Origin: Minisyncoccota bacterium
Lineage (GTDB): Bacteria > Patescibacteriota > Minisyncoccia > Phycocordibacterales > GWA1-40-21
Direction of reading: 5' to 3'
Length of the DNA stretch: 64,000 bases
Assembly (NCBI GenBank): GCA_041664585.1
Contig: JBAYKL010000001.1
Location: 4,592 to 68,591 of the forward strand
The notes beneath the pieces were generated by a model. The model made no database searches and had not been told where the DNA came from. It saw only the letters and a program-made list of their open reading frames with translations. The position numbers and the translations under genes are program-made. Shown piece by piece: positions 27,801 through 37,800 of this stretch. Numbering within the stretch: the first letter of the stretch is position 1; each line of letters begins with the position of its first letter.

Positions 27801-28526
27801 CCTGCTGTCGTAGCTACTGTTTCTGGTCACGTTACATCTGTAAAAGATTTTGGAAAGGAAAAAATAATTACTGTTATTGCTGACATAGAAGACAAAGGTA
27901 AGGTAAAGAAAACTGGTGAAGTTGAATACGTATTTAATCCAAAGAGAATGGCTTTGGTAAGAGCCGGAGACAATATCAAGAAAGGTCAGTTACTTACAGA
28001 CGGTTCTGCAGATATCGATGAAATATTCGAATACGCTGGAAGAGAAAGAGCTATGGATTACATTATTACTGAGGTAAGCAAACCCTATGAACTTCAGGGA
28101 GAAGCTGTTGCTAGAAAACACATTGAGATTATTGTTAAACAAATGTTCTCAAAGAAAGTTATTACAGACAGAGCCGATTCAGATTATTGTGTCGGTGATA
28201 TTATTGATGAATTAGACTTAGTGATGGAAAATAAACTTGCTAAAGAAGCAGACAAGAGAGAAATCGAAGCTGAATCTCAGGTTATGGGTATTACAGAATC
28301 TTCACTTTCTAGAAGAAGCTTCCTTTCAGCTGCATCATTCCAACACACGGTAAGAATTCTTATAAACGCCTCTGTTAAAGGAAACAAAGATGATCTAAGA
28401 GGTCTAAAAGAAAATGTTATCATTGGTAGAATCATCCCTGCAGGTACAGGATTCGCAGGTAGCAAGAAACATAAAATGATTTCTGATGTTAAGGCTCAGT
28501 TTGAAGACGAAGATTACGGTTACTAA
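24843..28526 (+). CDS. rpoC: DNA-directed RNA polymerase subunit beta prime
   Basis: 1227 aa with an N-terminal zinc finger, the catalytic NADFDGD motif and the trigger loop. Confidence 0.95.
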   Translation: MKNTKSSPSKDQDFNLVSIKIASPERIAEWSSGEVTKPETINYRTQRSERGGLFDEKIFGPDKDYECYCGKYRGIRYKGIVCEKCGVEITRSIVRRERMGHIELSTPVSHIWFLRGTPSRLGLVLGMTVSDLEKVIYFAGYIVTKTIESERERILREIDQEFKNKVKTVADEKTKEALKELATNAKKEVESIQEGKVLDEVLFHKFSIKYGAMFEAGIGGDVIYEILKKVDLVELAKKLDANLEKANSMDTDKINKRLSFIRSMIASKVRPEWMFLTRIPVIPPALRPMVPLDGGRFATSDVNDLYRRVINRNNRLVKLKEISAPDVILRNEKRILQEAIDALIDNSIRHGNSLFSALGSASQKRPLKSLADNLKGKRGLFRSNLLGKRVDYSGRSVIVVGPDLHLDQCGLPKHMALELFRPFVISQLLSKELAFNIRGAGKLIDEGVPEVWAILENVIKGKYVLLNRAPTLHRLGIQAFQPILIEGNAIQVHPLVCTAFNADFDGDQMAVHVPLGEEAQAEAREIMAADKNILKPGNGDPTISAKLLDIVLGCYWMTKIIPGEKGEGKYFQSTNAAIMAYDLGVISLRAKIHILPSEKEKYAQFDMKLFESSVGRLLLNTVLPASYPYVNKEIDKKAMSKIIDDLIIKNGPEKVAPILDKIKNFGFKYATYSGVTWGIDDIQIPKEKGAIVSVAKGKSLEVMDQFNEGLLTDEERVRKNVEIWQGAKSELEKLIPDTLDHNGSVYDMWKSGARGSLGSLTQMVGMKGLIQNTMGETIEFPVISSSKEGLTPIEYFITTHGSRKGLTDTALNTAKAGYLTRRLFDVAQDIIITEVDCGTKDKIAINKLSGVESGASIAKNIRGRVLAEDAVMKDGTVLFKKGSLLTKDDAQKIEQSDVENVFVRSPLTCKTLHGICAHCYGMDLGKSVMVDVGEAVGTVAAQAIGEPGTQLTMRTFHAGGTASVGGDITQGLPRVEEIFEKRKPKNPAVVATVSGHVTSVKDFGKEKIITVIADIEDKGKVKKTGEVEYVFNPKRMALVRAGDNIKKGQLLTDGSADIDEIFEYAGRERAMDYIITEVSKPYELQGEAVARKHIEIIVKQMFSKKVITDRADSDYCVGDIIDELDLVMENKLAKEADKREIEAESQVMGITESSLSRRSFLSAASFQHTVRILINASVKGNKDDLRGLKENVIIGRIIPAGTGFAGSKKHKMISDVKAQFEDEDYGY

Positions 28527-28558
28527 GTAATGTTGGTAGGTGAACAAAAACAAAAAAT

Positions 28559-30295
28559 ATGTCATCTTCCGTAGATAAAATAAAAGAAAGATTAAGCATA
28601 GAAGAGGTTGTCGGCTCATATCTCAAACTCGAGAAAGCCGGCAACAATTTCAAAGCAAGGTGTCCTTTTCATAATGAAAAAACGCCGTCTTTCTTTGTGT
28701 CTCCGGACAGAGGTTCATACTATTGTTTTGGTTGTGGAAACAAAGGAGATATTTTTTCATTCGTTCAAGAATTTGAAGGAATCGATTTTGTAGGTTCTTT
28801 AAAAATTCTTGCTGAAAGAGCGGGGGTAGAATTAGAAAAGAATCCAGCTAAAATCACAGATAAAAAGGAAAGATTGTATATGTTGCTTGATGCGACCACG
28901 ACTTTTCTTCAAAAGAATCTTCTTGCAGAAGATATTCCGCTTGAATATTTAAAGAATAGGGGACTCACAGAAAAAACAATTAAGGATTGGCGTATTGGAT
29001 ATGTTCGTGATGAATGGAGATCTATATATGAGCATCTTAAATCAAAAGGTTTTACAGATGATGAAATGCAAAGGGCTGGAGTCATAAAGACAGAAGGTCA
29101 AAATACATATGATAGATTTCGTGGAAGGATAATGTTTCCAATATTTGATAGTGCTGGTAGGGCGATAGCATTTTCTGGAAGAATACTTCATGATGATGGT
29201 AAATCTGCTAAATACTTGAATAGTCCACAGACAGAAGTATTTGATAAGTCAAAAACTTTGTATGGATACAACTATGCAAAACAAGCTATAAGAAAATTTG
29301 ATTTCTCAATCTTAGTTGAAGGTCAAATGGATCTCCTTATGTGTCACCAAAGTGGTTTTTCAAACGCCGTAGCTTCTTCTGGTACAGCTCTTACCTCACA
29401 ACACCTCTCTCTTCTTAAGAGAATTTCAAATAGAATAATAATGTCTTTTGATTCTGATAATGCTGGAGCAAAGGCTGCAGAAAGAGGTTGGATGTTAGGA
29501 CTTGCTTCTGGTATGGAAGTGAAAGTTGCAGCTATACCAAAAGGATATGATCCAGCTGACCTTATCTTGAAAGATAAAGAAGAATTCAAAAAGGTCCTAA
29601 AAGATGCAGTTCATATTATTGAATTTTTGTTAGATAGAGTGATTTTAGAAAATACAGATGAAAGAAAAATCGGTCTGGCAGTAAAAAATAAAGTCCTACC
29701 ATTTCTTTCTTTGTTAGATAGCAGTATGGAAAAATCACACTATGTGACAAAAATAAGTAATAAGACTGGTATAAAAGAAGACGCAATTTGGGAAGACTTA
29801 AAGAAAGTAAAGATAGATGATGACTATGTGGTTAAGGAAGAAGTTCACGAAGAGAAAGAAGAAATAAAGACTGGAATGCTAAGAAGCGGATCAGTAGAAA
29901 GAAGCTTGGCATCGATAATAGCCCTCATTGAATCTTCAAAAGACCAGATAACAAACCCAGAAGAATTGAGACAAAAAGTTAAGGACTCCGTTGGAGAAGA
30001 AAAGTATAGAGAATTTAGTGAAGAGTTGGAAAGTTTGAAAGGAGAACTTTCATTCGAAGCTGAAAGTTATTACGGAGGGTTAGAAAAAGAAAAATTTAAT
30101 AAAGAAGTTGAATATATCTTGCTAAATCTGCAAGAAGAAATATTAAAAAAGGAATTATCATCACATATGGTTGAGTTGAAGAAGGCAGAAGCACAGAAAG
30201 ATACGGAAAAGGCCACTTCAATACTCAAAAGATGTAATGATATAACAAAACTTTTAAACAATATAAAAAACGAAAAGAATAAAAAAATCAAATAA
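28559..30295 (+). CDS. dnaG: DNA primase
   Basis: Zinc-binding CPFHNEKTPSF...CFGCG motif and a TOPRIM domain (EGQMD, DSDNAG). Confidence 0.9.
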   Translation: MSSSVDKIKERLSIEEVVGSYLKLEKAGNNFKARCPFHNEKTPSFFVSPDRGSYYCFGCGNKGDIFSFVQEFEGIDFVGSLKILAERAGVELEKNPAKITDKKERLYMLLDATTTFLQKNLLAEDIPLEYLKNRGLTEKTIKDWRIGYVRDEWRSIYEHLKSKGFTDDEMQRAGVIKTEGQNTYDRFRGRIMFPIFDSAGRAIAFSGRILHDDGKSAKYLNSPQTEVFDKSKTLYGYNYAKQAIRKFDFSILVEGQMDLLMCHQSGFSNAVASSGTALTSQHLSLLKRISNRIIMSFDSDNAGAKAAERGWMLGLASGMEVKVAAIPKGYDPADLILKDKEEFKKVLKDAVHIIEFLLDRVILENTDERKIGLAVKNKVLPFLSLLDSSMEKSHYVTKISNKTGIKEDAIWEDLKKVKIDDDYVVKEEVHEEKEEIKTGMLRSGSVERSLASIIALIESSKDQITNPEELRQKVKDSVGEEKYREFSEELESLKGELSFEAESYYGGLEKEKFNKEVEYILLNLQEEILKKELSSHMVELKKAEAQKDTEKATSILKRCNDITKLLNNIKNEKNKKIK

Positions 30296-30322
30296 TTTAT
30301 TAAACTAATCTTTTATAAAAAA

Positions 30323-31534
30323 ATGGCGAAAAAAATAACAAAAAAAACAAAAATAAAAAAGGTTGTGAAATCTAAACCTATCAAAAAGCCTGTAAAAAAG
30401 GTGGTTGCTAAACCTGTGAAGAAATCTGCCACAGTAAAGGTTCCAAGAATTTCTGCAAAATCAAAGGAATTTGATATTAAGGCAGAAAGACTTCTCGTCA
30501 AAGGTAGAGAAAGAGGTTTCGTTACTTATGACGAGATTTTGAAGGAATTTCCAAAGATTGAAGAAGATATTGTTTTCTTGGACGATCTTTATTCTAAGTT
30601 TGCTACTGGAGGTATAGATATTCTTGAAGTCGGAGGCATTCTTGGTTTTGATGAAGAACAGGTTAAGAAATATACATATTCTGGTAAGTCTGCAGATGCA
30701 AATTACGACTCCATACAGATATATTTGAAAGAAATTGGTCAGTATCCTCTTATTACTGCAACTATGGAAAAAGATCTAGCTAGAAAGATATTGGCTGGAG
30801 ATGTAGAAGCTAAAAATCTTTTGGCAAAAGCAAACCTAAGACTTGTTGTCTCTATCGCAAAGAAATATGTTGGAAGAAGTGCAGACCTTACTCTCTTAGA
30901 CTTAATTCAAGAAGGAAACCTCGGTTTATTTAAGGCTGTAGATAAATTTGATTGGACAAAAGGTTTTAAGTTCTCAACATATGCTACTTGGTGGATTAGA
31001 CAAGCTATCACCAGAGCCCTTGCTGATCAATCTAGAACAATTCGTGTCCCAGTACACATGGTTGAAACTATCGCTAAGTATAAACAAGTTTACAGAAGAC
31101 TCTCACAAGACCTAGGTAGAGAACCTTTGCCAGATGAGATTGCTATTGAAATGGATATCGAAGTTGAAAAGGTTTACATGATTGAAAAGATTGATCAAGA
31201 TACTGTTTCTCTTGAAGCCCCTGTTGGAGATGACGGTGATGACGGTAAATCTACTTTGGGAGATTTCGTAGCAGACGACAAAATACTTTCTCCTGCAGAT
31301 GAATCATCAAGAAGAATCCTTTCAGATCAAGTAAAAGAAATTCTTGCAGACCTTTCTCTAAAGGAAAGAAAAATTCTTGAAATGAGACATGGGCTTGTAG
31401 ATGGTATCACTCACACTCTTGAAGAAGTTGGAAAAGAATTCGGTGTTACAAGAGAGAGAATAAGACAAATTGAAGCTAAGGCTCATGAGAAGATAAGACA
31501 GCATGAGAAGATAAGTAAGCTTCAGAGTTATTAA
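30323..31534 (+). CDS. rpoD: RNA polymerase sigma factor RpoD (sigma-70) with Lys-rich N-terminal tail
   Basis: Regions 1.2 to 4.2 are present ([29 protein letters not shown]). Confidence 0.9.
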   Translation: MAKKITKKTKIKKVVKSKPIKKPVKKVVAKPVKKSATVKVPRISAKSKEFDIKAERLLVKGRERGFVTYDEILKEFPKIEEDIVFLDDLYSKFATGGIDILEVGGILGFDEEQVKKYTYSGKSADANYDSIQIYLKEIGQYPLITATMEKDLARKILAGDVEAKNLLAKANLRLVVSIAKKYVGRSADLTLLDLIQEGNLGLFKAVDKFDWTKGFKFSTYATWWIRQAITRALADQSRTIRVPVHMVETIAKYKQVYRRLSQDLGREPLPDEIAIEMDIEVEKVYMIEKIDQDTVSLEAPVGDDGDDGKSTLGDFVADDKILSPADESSRRILSDQVKEILADLSLKERKILEMRHGLVDGITHTLEEVGKEFGVTRERIRQIEAKAHEKIRQHEKISKLQSY

Positions 31535-31543
31535 AAAAATAAA

Positions 31544-31592
31544 AGACCAGAGGTCAAGATGTAGAAATCTTTTCCTGCTGGTCTTTTTGGTT
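31544..31592. terminator. terminator between convergent rpoD and pilin
   Basis: Long imperfect hairpin gaccag...ctggtc followed by TTTTTGG. Confidence 0.65.
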
Positions 31593-31600
31593 TGTGGTCG

Positions 31601-32053
31601 TTACTGGATAACACTCGAGCGTCTCTCGACCGTATTTTCATCAACGGTTTCTGTGTACCCACCCCCGTCAATATCTTTTGATGTACGCAGATGTATGGTT
31701 GCTGTAACCAAGCCGTTTTTGGTACTAAAGCTTAGAGACATGCCACCGTCGCCAGCATCCGTAATTATTTCAAACTTTGAATAAACAACCCGCGCATCAT
31801 TTGAGGGTATACATACCCAAGATGGTGTAATCTCGTATGGGCTTAGGCTGTTTCCATTTTTTACCCAGTACCTGTAACAGTTCGGCGCCGTGGACATAAA
31901 ACGGACTATATTGCCGATACTTTCTTTAGGCGGTTTTGATTGAGCTTTATTATAGGCATCGAGTATTGCCGGTATCCCGATGGCTGCAAGAAGCCCAATA
32001 ATTGCCACGACAATCATTACTTCAACTAATGTGAATCCACTTTTTTTGCTCAT
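31601..32053 (-). CDS. type IV pilin-like protein
   Basis: ATG at 32053 is preceded by an AAGGAGAGG SD. The N-terminus MSKKSGFTLVEVMIVVAIIGLLAAI is a prepilin signal. The gene body is GC-rich. Confidence 0.75.
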   Translation of the reverse strand: MSKKSGFTLVEVMIVVAIIGLLAAIGIPAILDAYNKAQSKPPKESIGNIVRFMSTAPNCYRYWVKNGNSLSPYEITPSWVCIPSNDARVVYSKFEIITDAGDGGMSLSFSTKNGLVTATIHLRTSKDIDGGGYTETVDENTVERRSSVIQ

Positions 32054-32220
32054 TTCTTTCCTCTCCTTTTCAAGGTTACTTTCTTGTTTGTTGTTCGATT
32101 TGTACAACCTACAAAATTCTATCTAATATACTAAAACATAATAAAACAAAAGTCAATTGGGCTCAGATTTAGTTTAAATTTAATATTTGTTAAAAAAATG
32201 TCTATGCTATAATTAACCAC

Positions 32221-32937
32221 ATGAATTTAAAACAACTTATTTTTTTAGACACAGAAACCACAGGAAATGACATAACAAAAGATAGATTGTCTCAGGTTTG
32301 TTATAGATTTGATGGCGTTGTTTGTAATGAATATTTCAAGCCACCAGTACCCATGTCTGTAAAAGCTATGAGTATTACTCATATAACAAATAAGATGTTG
32401 GTTGATAAGCCAGCTTTTATTGGTAGTTTGATGCACAATTCCTTAGAAGAACTACTTAAGGATAATATTCTCGTAGCTCACAATGCGAAATTTGATATTG
32501 GCATGTTAGAAAATGAAGGTCTATCTATACCAAAATTCATTTGTACTCTTCGTGTGGCTAGATATTTAGATAATAGTAATTTAATTCCAGAATATGGGCT
32601 GCAATTTTTAAGATATTTTCTTGATTTAGATGTTGAAGGTTCTGCTCACGATGCAGAGGGAGATGTAAATGTTCTCTGTGCTGTATTTGATAGATTATTT
32701 CAAAAAATAAAAGAGCTTGAAGGAAGTGAAGAAAAAGCTATTGAGAAGATGATTGATATTTCTAAGACTCCAACCATTTTCAATAAATTTAATTTTGGAA
32801 AGCACAAAGACAAAACAGTAGAAGAAGTTTTAAAAAATGACAGAAGATATCTTGAATGGCTTCTAAATACAAAGTTAGAAAACGAACAGAACGACGAAGA
32901 TTGGGTATATACTTTGAAGTATTATTTGAGCAAATAG
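32221..32937 (+). CDS. DnaQ-family 3'-5' exonuclease with C-terminal DUF3820-like domain
   Basis: Exo I (LDTETTG), Exo II (VAHNAKFD) and Exo III (HDAEGD) motifs are present. The C-terminal FGKHKDKTVEEV...YLEWLL segment is DUF3820-like. Confidence 0.75.
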   Translation: MNLKQLIFLDTETTGNDITKDRLSQVCYRFDGVVCNEYFKPPVPMSVKAMSITHITNKMLVDKPAFIGSLMHNSLEELLKDNILVAHNAKFDIGMLENEGLSIPKFICTLRVARYLDNSNLIPEYGLQFLRYFLDLDVEGSAHDAEGDVNVLCAVFDRLFQKIKELEGSEEKAIEKMIDISKTPTIFNKFNFGKHKDKTVEEVLKNDRRYLEWLLNTKLENEQNDEDWVYTLKYYLSK

Positions 32938-32944
32938 AATTAAT

Positions 32945-33217
32945 ATGGATTTGAGCGAATTAAGAAATGAAATAGATCAAATAGATAGGGAATTTTTGAG
33001 TATTTTATCAAAAAGAATGAAGTTGATACCGAAGGTTGCTGAATACAAGAAAAAGAATAGTATTAAAAGATATCAACCTGAACGTGAGAAAGAGGTGATT
33101 AAATTAAGAAGAGAGTTGGCAAAAGAACTGAATATTAGCTCGGATCTTGTGGAATCTATTTTTAAGGAAATTATAAAAGATGCTCATAAGATAGAGGAGC
33201 AAATAATGGGAGAATAA
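32945..33217 (+). CDS. chorismate mutase (AroQ class, stand-alone)
   Basis: 90 aa with the LRNEIDQIDREFLSILSKRM N-terminus typical of AroQ. Confidence 0.75.
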   Translation: MDLSELRNEIDQIDREFLSILSKRMKLIPKVAEYKKKNSIKRYQPEREKEVIKLRRELAKELNISSDLVESIFKEIIKDAHKIEEQIMGE

Positions 33218-33219
33218 AC

Positions 33220-34872
33220 ATGAAAATATGCATTATTGGCGGTAGCGGAAATTTCGGGCAATTTTTTACAAAAATATTTAGTGATAACAAACACGAAGTA
33301 TTTTCTATAGGAAGGGCAAATATTAAAAAAATAAAAAACTACGTAGAACAAAGCGATGTAGTAGTTATTTCTGTACCAAATGAAGCAATTAAAACTTACA
33401 CAGATATATTAGGTAAGATTGTTAATCAAAAACAACTTGTCATAGATATTTCATCTGTTATGAGTAGTAACTTAACTGCTATAAAGAAACTCAAGTGCCA
33501 GTCTGTTTTTTTGCATCCTCTTTTTGCTCCAAATATTAAAAAAGGAAAAGCTTTTAAATATGTCTTAGCACCAGTAAATTTAAAGAATAGAAAATTGCTT
33601 AAGGAATTTCTAAACATTTTGGAAAATAACGGATCCGTAATAAAAGAGACCTCTGTCGAAAATCATGAAAAAATGATGGCCTATGTTCAAGCATTATCAC
33701 ATTTTAACAGTATTCTATTAACTAAAGTTTTGGCTAATTCTGATTTAGACGCTAAAGAAATCGAGGAATTTTCTACAACCTTCTTTCGTTTAAGTTTCGA
33801 TGCATCCTCTAGGATTTTTGCACAGAAATCTGAAATTTATGCAGATATACAATTTAATAATAGTTATTTTTTAGATGTCATTGAAGATTATGAAGAAAAT
33901 CTTAGAGAAATTAAGAAAATCATAATTGATAAAGATTATTTAGAATATCAAAAAGTATTTGATAAAATAATAAAAAAACTTTCACCGTTACTAAAAGAAT
34001 CATTTGACGAGAGTCAGTCTTTAATTAAAAATCTTTCGGATAATTTTAAAAGGGTTGGTTACCTTGGACCAGAAGGCAGTTATTCTGAAATGGCCGCTGA
34101 ATTTTTAATGTCATACGAAAAACTTGTACCATCAGAGACAATCGCAGACATAATAAGTAAGGTAAACAATGGCGAATTGGATTTTGGTGTCCTACCAATA
34201 GAGAATTCAATACAAGGAAGTATTATAGAAACAGTTGATGGATTATATAAAAATAAATTATTTATCCAACAAGAATTAGTCGTACCAATTAAACATTGCG
34301 TGGCTGGTTTAGTGTCTAAAATAGTTCCTGAAAAAATTGAAATTGTGATGTCACATCCTCAAGCCTTGGGACAATGTTCAGAGTATATAAATAAACATTT
34401 TCCTAATGCTAAAAGAATGATTATAAATAGTACTGCACAAGCTTTTAAAAAGATTATAGATGAAAGTCTATCTAACGCCGTAGCTATTGGTAATAAAACT
34501 GCCGCTCTTAAATATAATTTAAAGATATTTGATGAAGATATCCAGGATGTAGAAAATAATGAAACCAAATTCGTATTAGTTAAAAAAACCTTTAATATAA
34601 ATTCAAAAGGCCAAGTGTCTAGTTTTGTCATTGTTCCTAAGAAGGACAGATCCGGTCTTCTTTTTGATATTCTGGGATATTTTAAAGAAAATAATATTAA
34701 TTTAAACAAAATCGAATCAAGACCGCTAAAGTCTGGCCTCGGTAAATATATATTTCATATTGATATACAGGGTAATTTTAAAGATAAAAATGTAGAGCGA
34801 GCTATTAGCGGAATTAAAAAGGAAAGCGAGGTAATATTTTTAGGTAGCTATAATCAAGAGAGATATAAGTAA
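33220..34872 (+). CDS. fused prephenate dehydrogenase (TyrA) / prephenate dehydratase (PheA) with ACT domain
   Basis: The N-terminus has a Rossmann motif IIGGSGNFG and a TyrA-like domain. The middle has the PDT start LGPEGSYSE. The C-terminal ACT domain carries the ESRP motif. Confidence 0.7.
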   Translation: MKICIIGGSGNFGQFFTKIFSDNKHEVFSIGRANIKKIKNYVEQSDVVVISVPNEAIKTYTDILGKIVNQKQLVIDISSVMSSNLTAIKKLKCQSVFLHPLFAPNIKKGKAFKYVLAPVNLKNRKLLKEFLNILENNGSVIKETSVENHEKMMAYVQALSHFNSILLTKVLANSDLDAKEIEEFSTTFFRLSFDASSRIFAQKSEIYADIQFNNSYFLDVIEDYEENLREIKKIIIDKDYLEYQKVFDKIIKKLSPLLKESFDESQSLIKNLSDNFKRVGYLGPEGSYSEMAAEFLMSYEKLVPSETIADIISKVNNGELDFGVLPIENSIQGSIIETVDGLYKNKLFIQQELVVPIKHCVAGLVSKIVPEKIEIVMSHPQALGQCSEYINKHFPNAKRMIINSTAQAFKKIIDESLSNAVAIGNKTAALKYNLKIFDEDIQDVENNETKFVLVKKTFNINSKGQVSSFVIVPKKDRSGLLFDILGYFKENNINLNKIESRPLKSGLGKYIFHIDIQGNFKDKNVERAISGIKKESEVIFLGSYNQERYK

Positions 34873-34898
34873 GAATTTACTTATGTTATAATTTATCT

Positions 34899-37800
34899 GT
34901 GAATTTCGAACAGAGATATAAAGAGCTTAACAAACAACAAAAACAAGCTGTCGATACTATCGATGGTCCACTTCTTGTTGTTGCTGGTCCTGGTTCTGGC
35001 AAAACAGAAATCTTGAGCTTAAGAGTCGGTAAAATCTTACAAGAATCACAGATTTTGGCTTCTAATATTCTTTGCCTTACCTTTACCGAAGCTGCATCTC
35101 TCAACATGAGAAATCGTTTAGCTAAACTCATTGGCCAAGAAGGATATCGTGTAGCCATCCACACCTTTCATAATTTTTGTGTAGAAATAATACAAAAATA
35201 TCCAGAGTATTTTTATAGCGGAGCATATTTTTCTCCAGCAAATGAACTTACCCAAATTCAGATATTACAAGAAATCTTTGAAAAGCTTCCACACAAAAAT
35301 CCACTTAGCTCTGTTCATCCAGAACAGGGTTTTGTATATCTGAAAGATTCTTTATATTTAATAGGCAACTTGAAAAAAGCTGGTATTGAGCCAGATGAAT
35401 TTAAGAAGATATTAAATCATAATAAAAAGCTCATAACAGAAATAAATGAGATTATTCAGAATATTTTTACAGATAAAATATCAAAAGAAACAATAACAAA
35501 GGCTTTCACAGGATTAGAGAAACTAAAAAAGCTTTCAGATAAATCTATAAAAGATTTCCCTAAGATGTTATTTAAAAATCTTGCTGAGTCTACATACGAA
35601 TCCTTAAAAAAAGCTACAGAAGAAGCAGATGAGCTTAGCAAGACAAATTCACTTACTGCATGGAAAGGAGACTTTCTTAAAAAAGATGACGAAAATAATA
35701 ACATTCTAAAAGATACTGTTTATACAGAAAAGCTTTTGGCTTTTGCTGAAATTTACGAAAATCATAGAAAGTCCATGCTTGAAAAAGGATACTATGATTT
35801 TGATGATATGATTCTCGATTGTAAAACTGCTTTACAACAAAATCCTGCACTCAGGTATGAGATCCAAGAACAATATCAATATATTCTTGTAGATGAATTT
35901 CAGGATACAAACGGGGCTCAAATGGAACTACTTCAGCTTATTACCGATGCACCAGTAAATGAAGGTAAGCCAAATATAATGGCTGTAGGAGATGATGATC
36001 AGGCTGTATATAAATTCCAAGGAGCAGAACTTTCTAATATTCTTAATTTCCAAAAGATTTTTAAAGATGTAAAAGTTGTGACGATGACCCAGAATTATCG
36101 TTCCACTCAAGACATTCTTGATATAGCAAGAGAAATGATTATAAAAGGTGAAGAAAGATTAGAAAATCTTTTCCCGGAAATTGAAAAGAATCTTGTTGCT
36201 TCAAATCCAAATATTAAGAAAGGGGATATTAAACATAAAGAATTTGCGACTAATGCTTACGAATATCATTTCATTGCAAAGGAAATAAGGAAAAGAATTG
36301 ATAACGGAGAAAATCCAGAAGAGATTGCTGTTATAGCAAGAAAGCATTTTCAACTTGAAGAAATTGTTGCGTATTTGAAAGGTGAAAAAATAGATGTTAG
36401 GTACGAAAGAGAACAAAATGTTTTTAAGGAGCCTCATATAGCCCAGATAATTACGATATCTAAGTTCCTTACCTCTCTTACAAATAAACATAAAGATGAA
36501 GCAGATGAATATTTGCCAGAAATACTTAGTTTTCCATTCTGGAATCTTAAGAGGGAAGATGTATGGAAGATTTCTCTATCTGCAAGAAGAGGAGAAAATG
36601 AAAAGAATTGGATTGAAGTAATGCTTGAATCAGAAAATCATAAAATAAAAGACGTTGCTAATTTCTTGATAGAGCTAGGTGTAAGATCCGAGAATGAACC
36701 ATTAGAAAAGATACTGGATTCAATCGTTGGTTCTCACATTTCTCTCTCGGAAGAAAGCGAAGATGCTGATCTAGAAAATCTACCACAAATAGATGGAAAT
36801 TTTATAAGCCCTTTCAAAGGTTTCTATTTCAGTAAAGAAAAATTCGAACATTCAAAAGCAGAATATCTATCTTTCCTTTCATCACTTAGAGTTTTTGTGA
36901 ATGCGCTTAGAGAATATAAAAGTGGAGAAGTTCTTTCTATAAAAGATCTTGTGGAGTTTGTAGAATTACATGAAAAAAATGAAATCCCATTAAATGATCA
37001 AAGCCCATTTTCAAGATTAAAAGGTGCTGTAAATTTGATGACAGCACATGGAGCAAAGGGTTTAGAATTTGAGACCGTATTTGTACTTTCTTGTCAGGAT
37101 GATATTTGGGCTGGTAGAGGTAATAGTTCAAAACTAGTATCTCCCTCGAACCTACCAATAGGGCCTTCTGGAGACACTGAAGATGACAAACTAAGGCTGT
37201 TTTACGTGGCTATAACGCGCGCCAAGAGGCATTTATACCTCACTTCGTATCAAACCAAAGAAAATGGAAAAGAGGCCAAAAAATTGCGTTTTCTTGTGTC
37301 TGAGAAGGACGCAGAAAGCCATGAAAAACAGGCCCTAAAAACCCTATATATTCCGGAACAAGCAAGTAAAGATGAAGATGCTCCGGAGCCGCATGAAGTA
37401 CTCACGGCTTCTTGGCTCGACTACAGGACCACACCTTTCATAGGTACAGAAAAGAAAATTTTAGAAACTTTGGTAGAGGAATATAAAATGCCGGTTACTC
37501 ATTTAAATAACTTTTTGAATATAGAAAAAGGGGGACCACAGTATTTCTTAGAACAAAACTTGCTTAGATTTCCTCAGTCAAAAACTGCTTCTGGATCATA
37601 TGGTACAGCAATACACAGAACATTAGAAAAATTTATTTTATCTTTCAAAAAAGAAGGTAAACTTTCTCCAAAAAAAGAAGTCCTTGAGTGGTTTATCATC
37701 TTCCTAAAAAAAGAAAGACTTGCTCCAGAAGATTTTAAACAATATTCAGAAAGAGGACTTGAAGCTCTTGAAGCTTTCTTGGATAAGAAACAAGAAACTT

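Noticed and set aside
30323-30420. Lys-rich repetitive N-terminus of rpoD (KKxxKKP repeats)
   Set aside because: This is a low-complexity basic tail within a bona fide gene, not a DNA repeat element.
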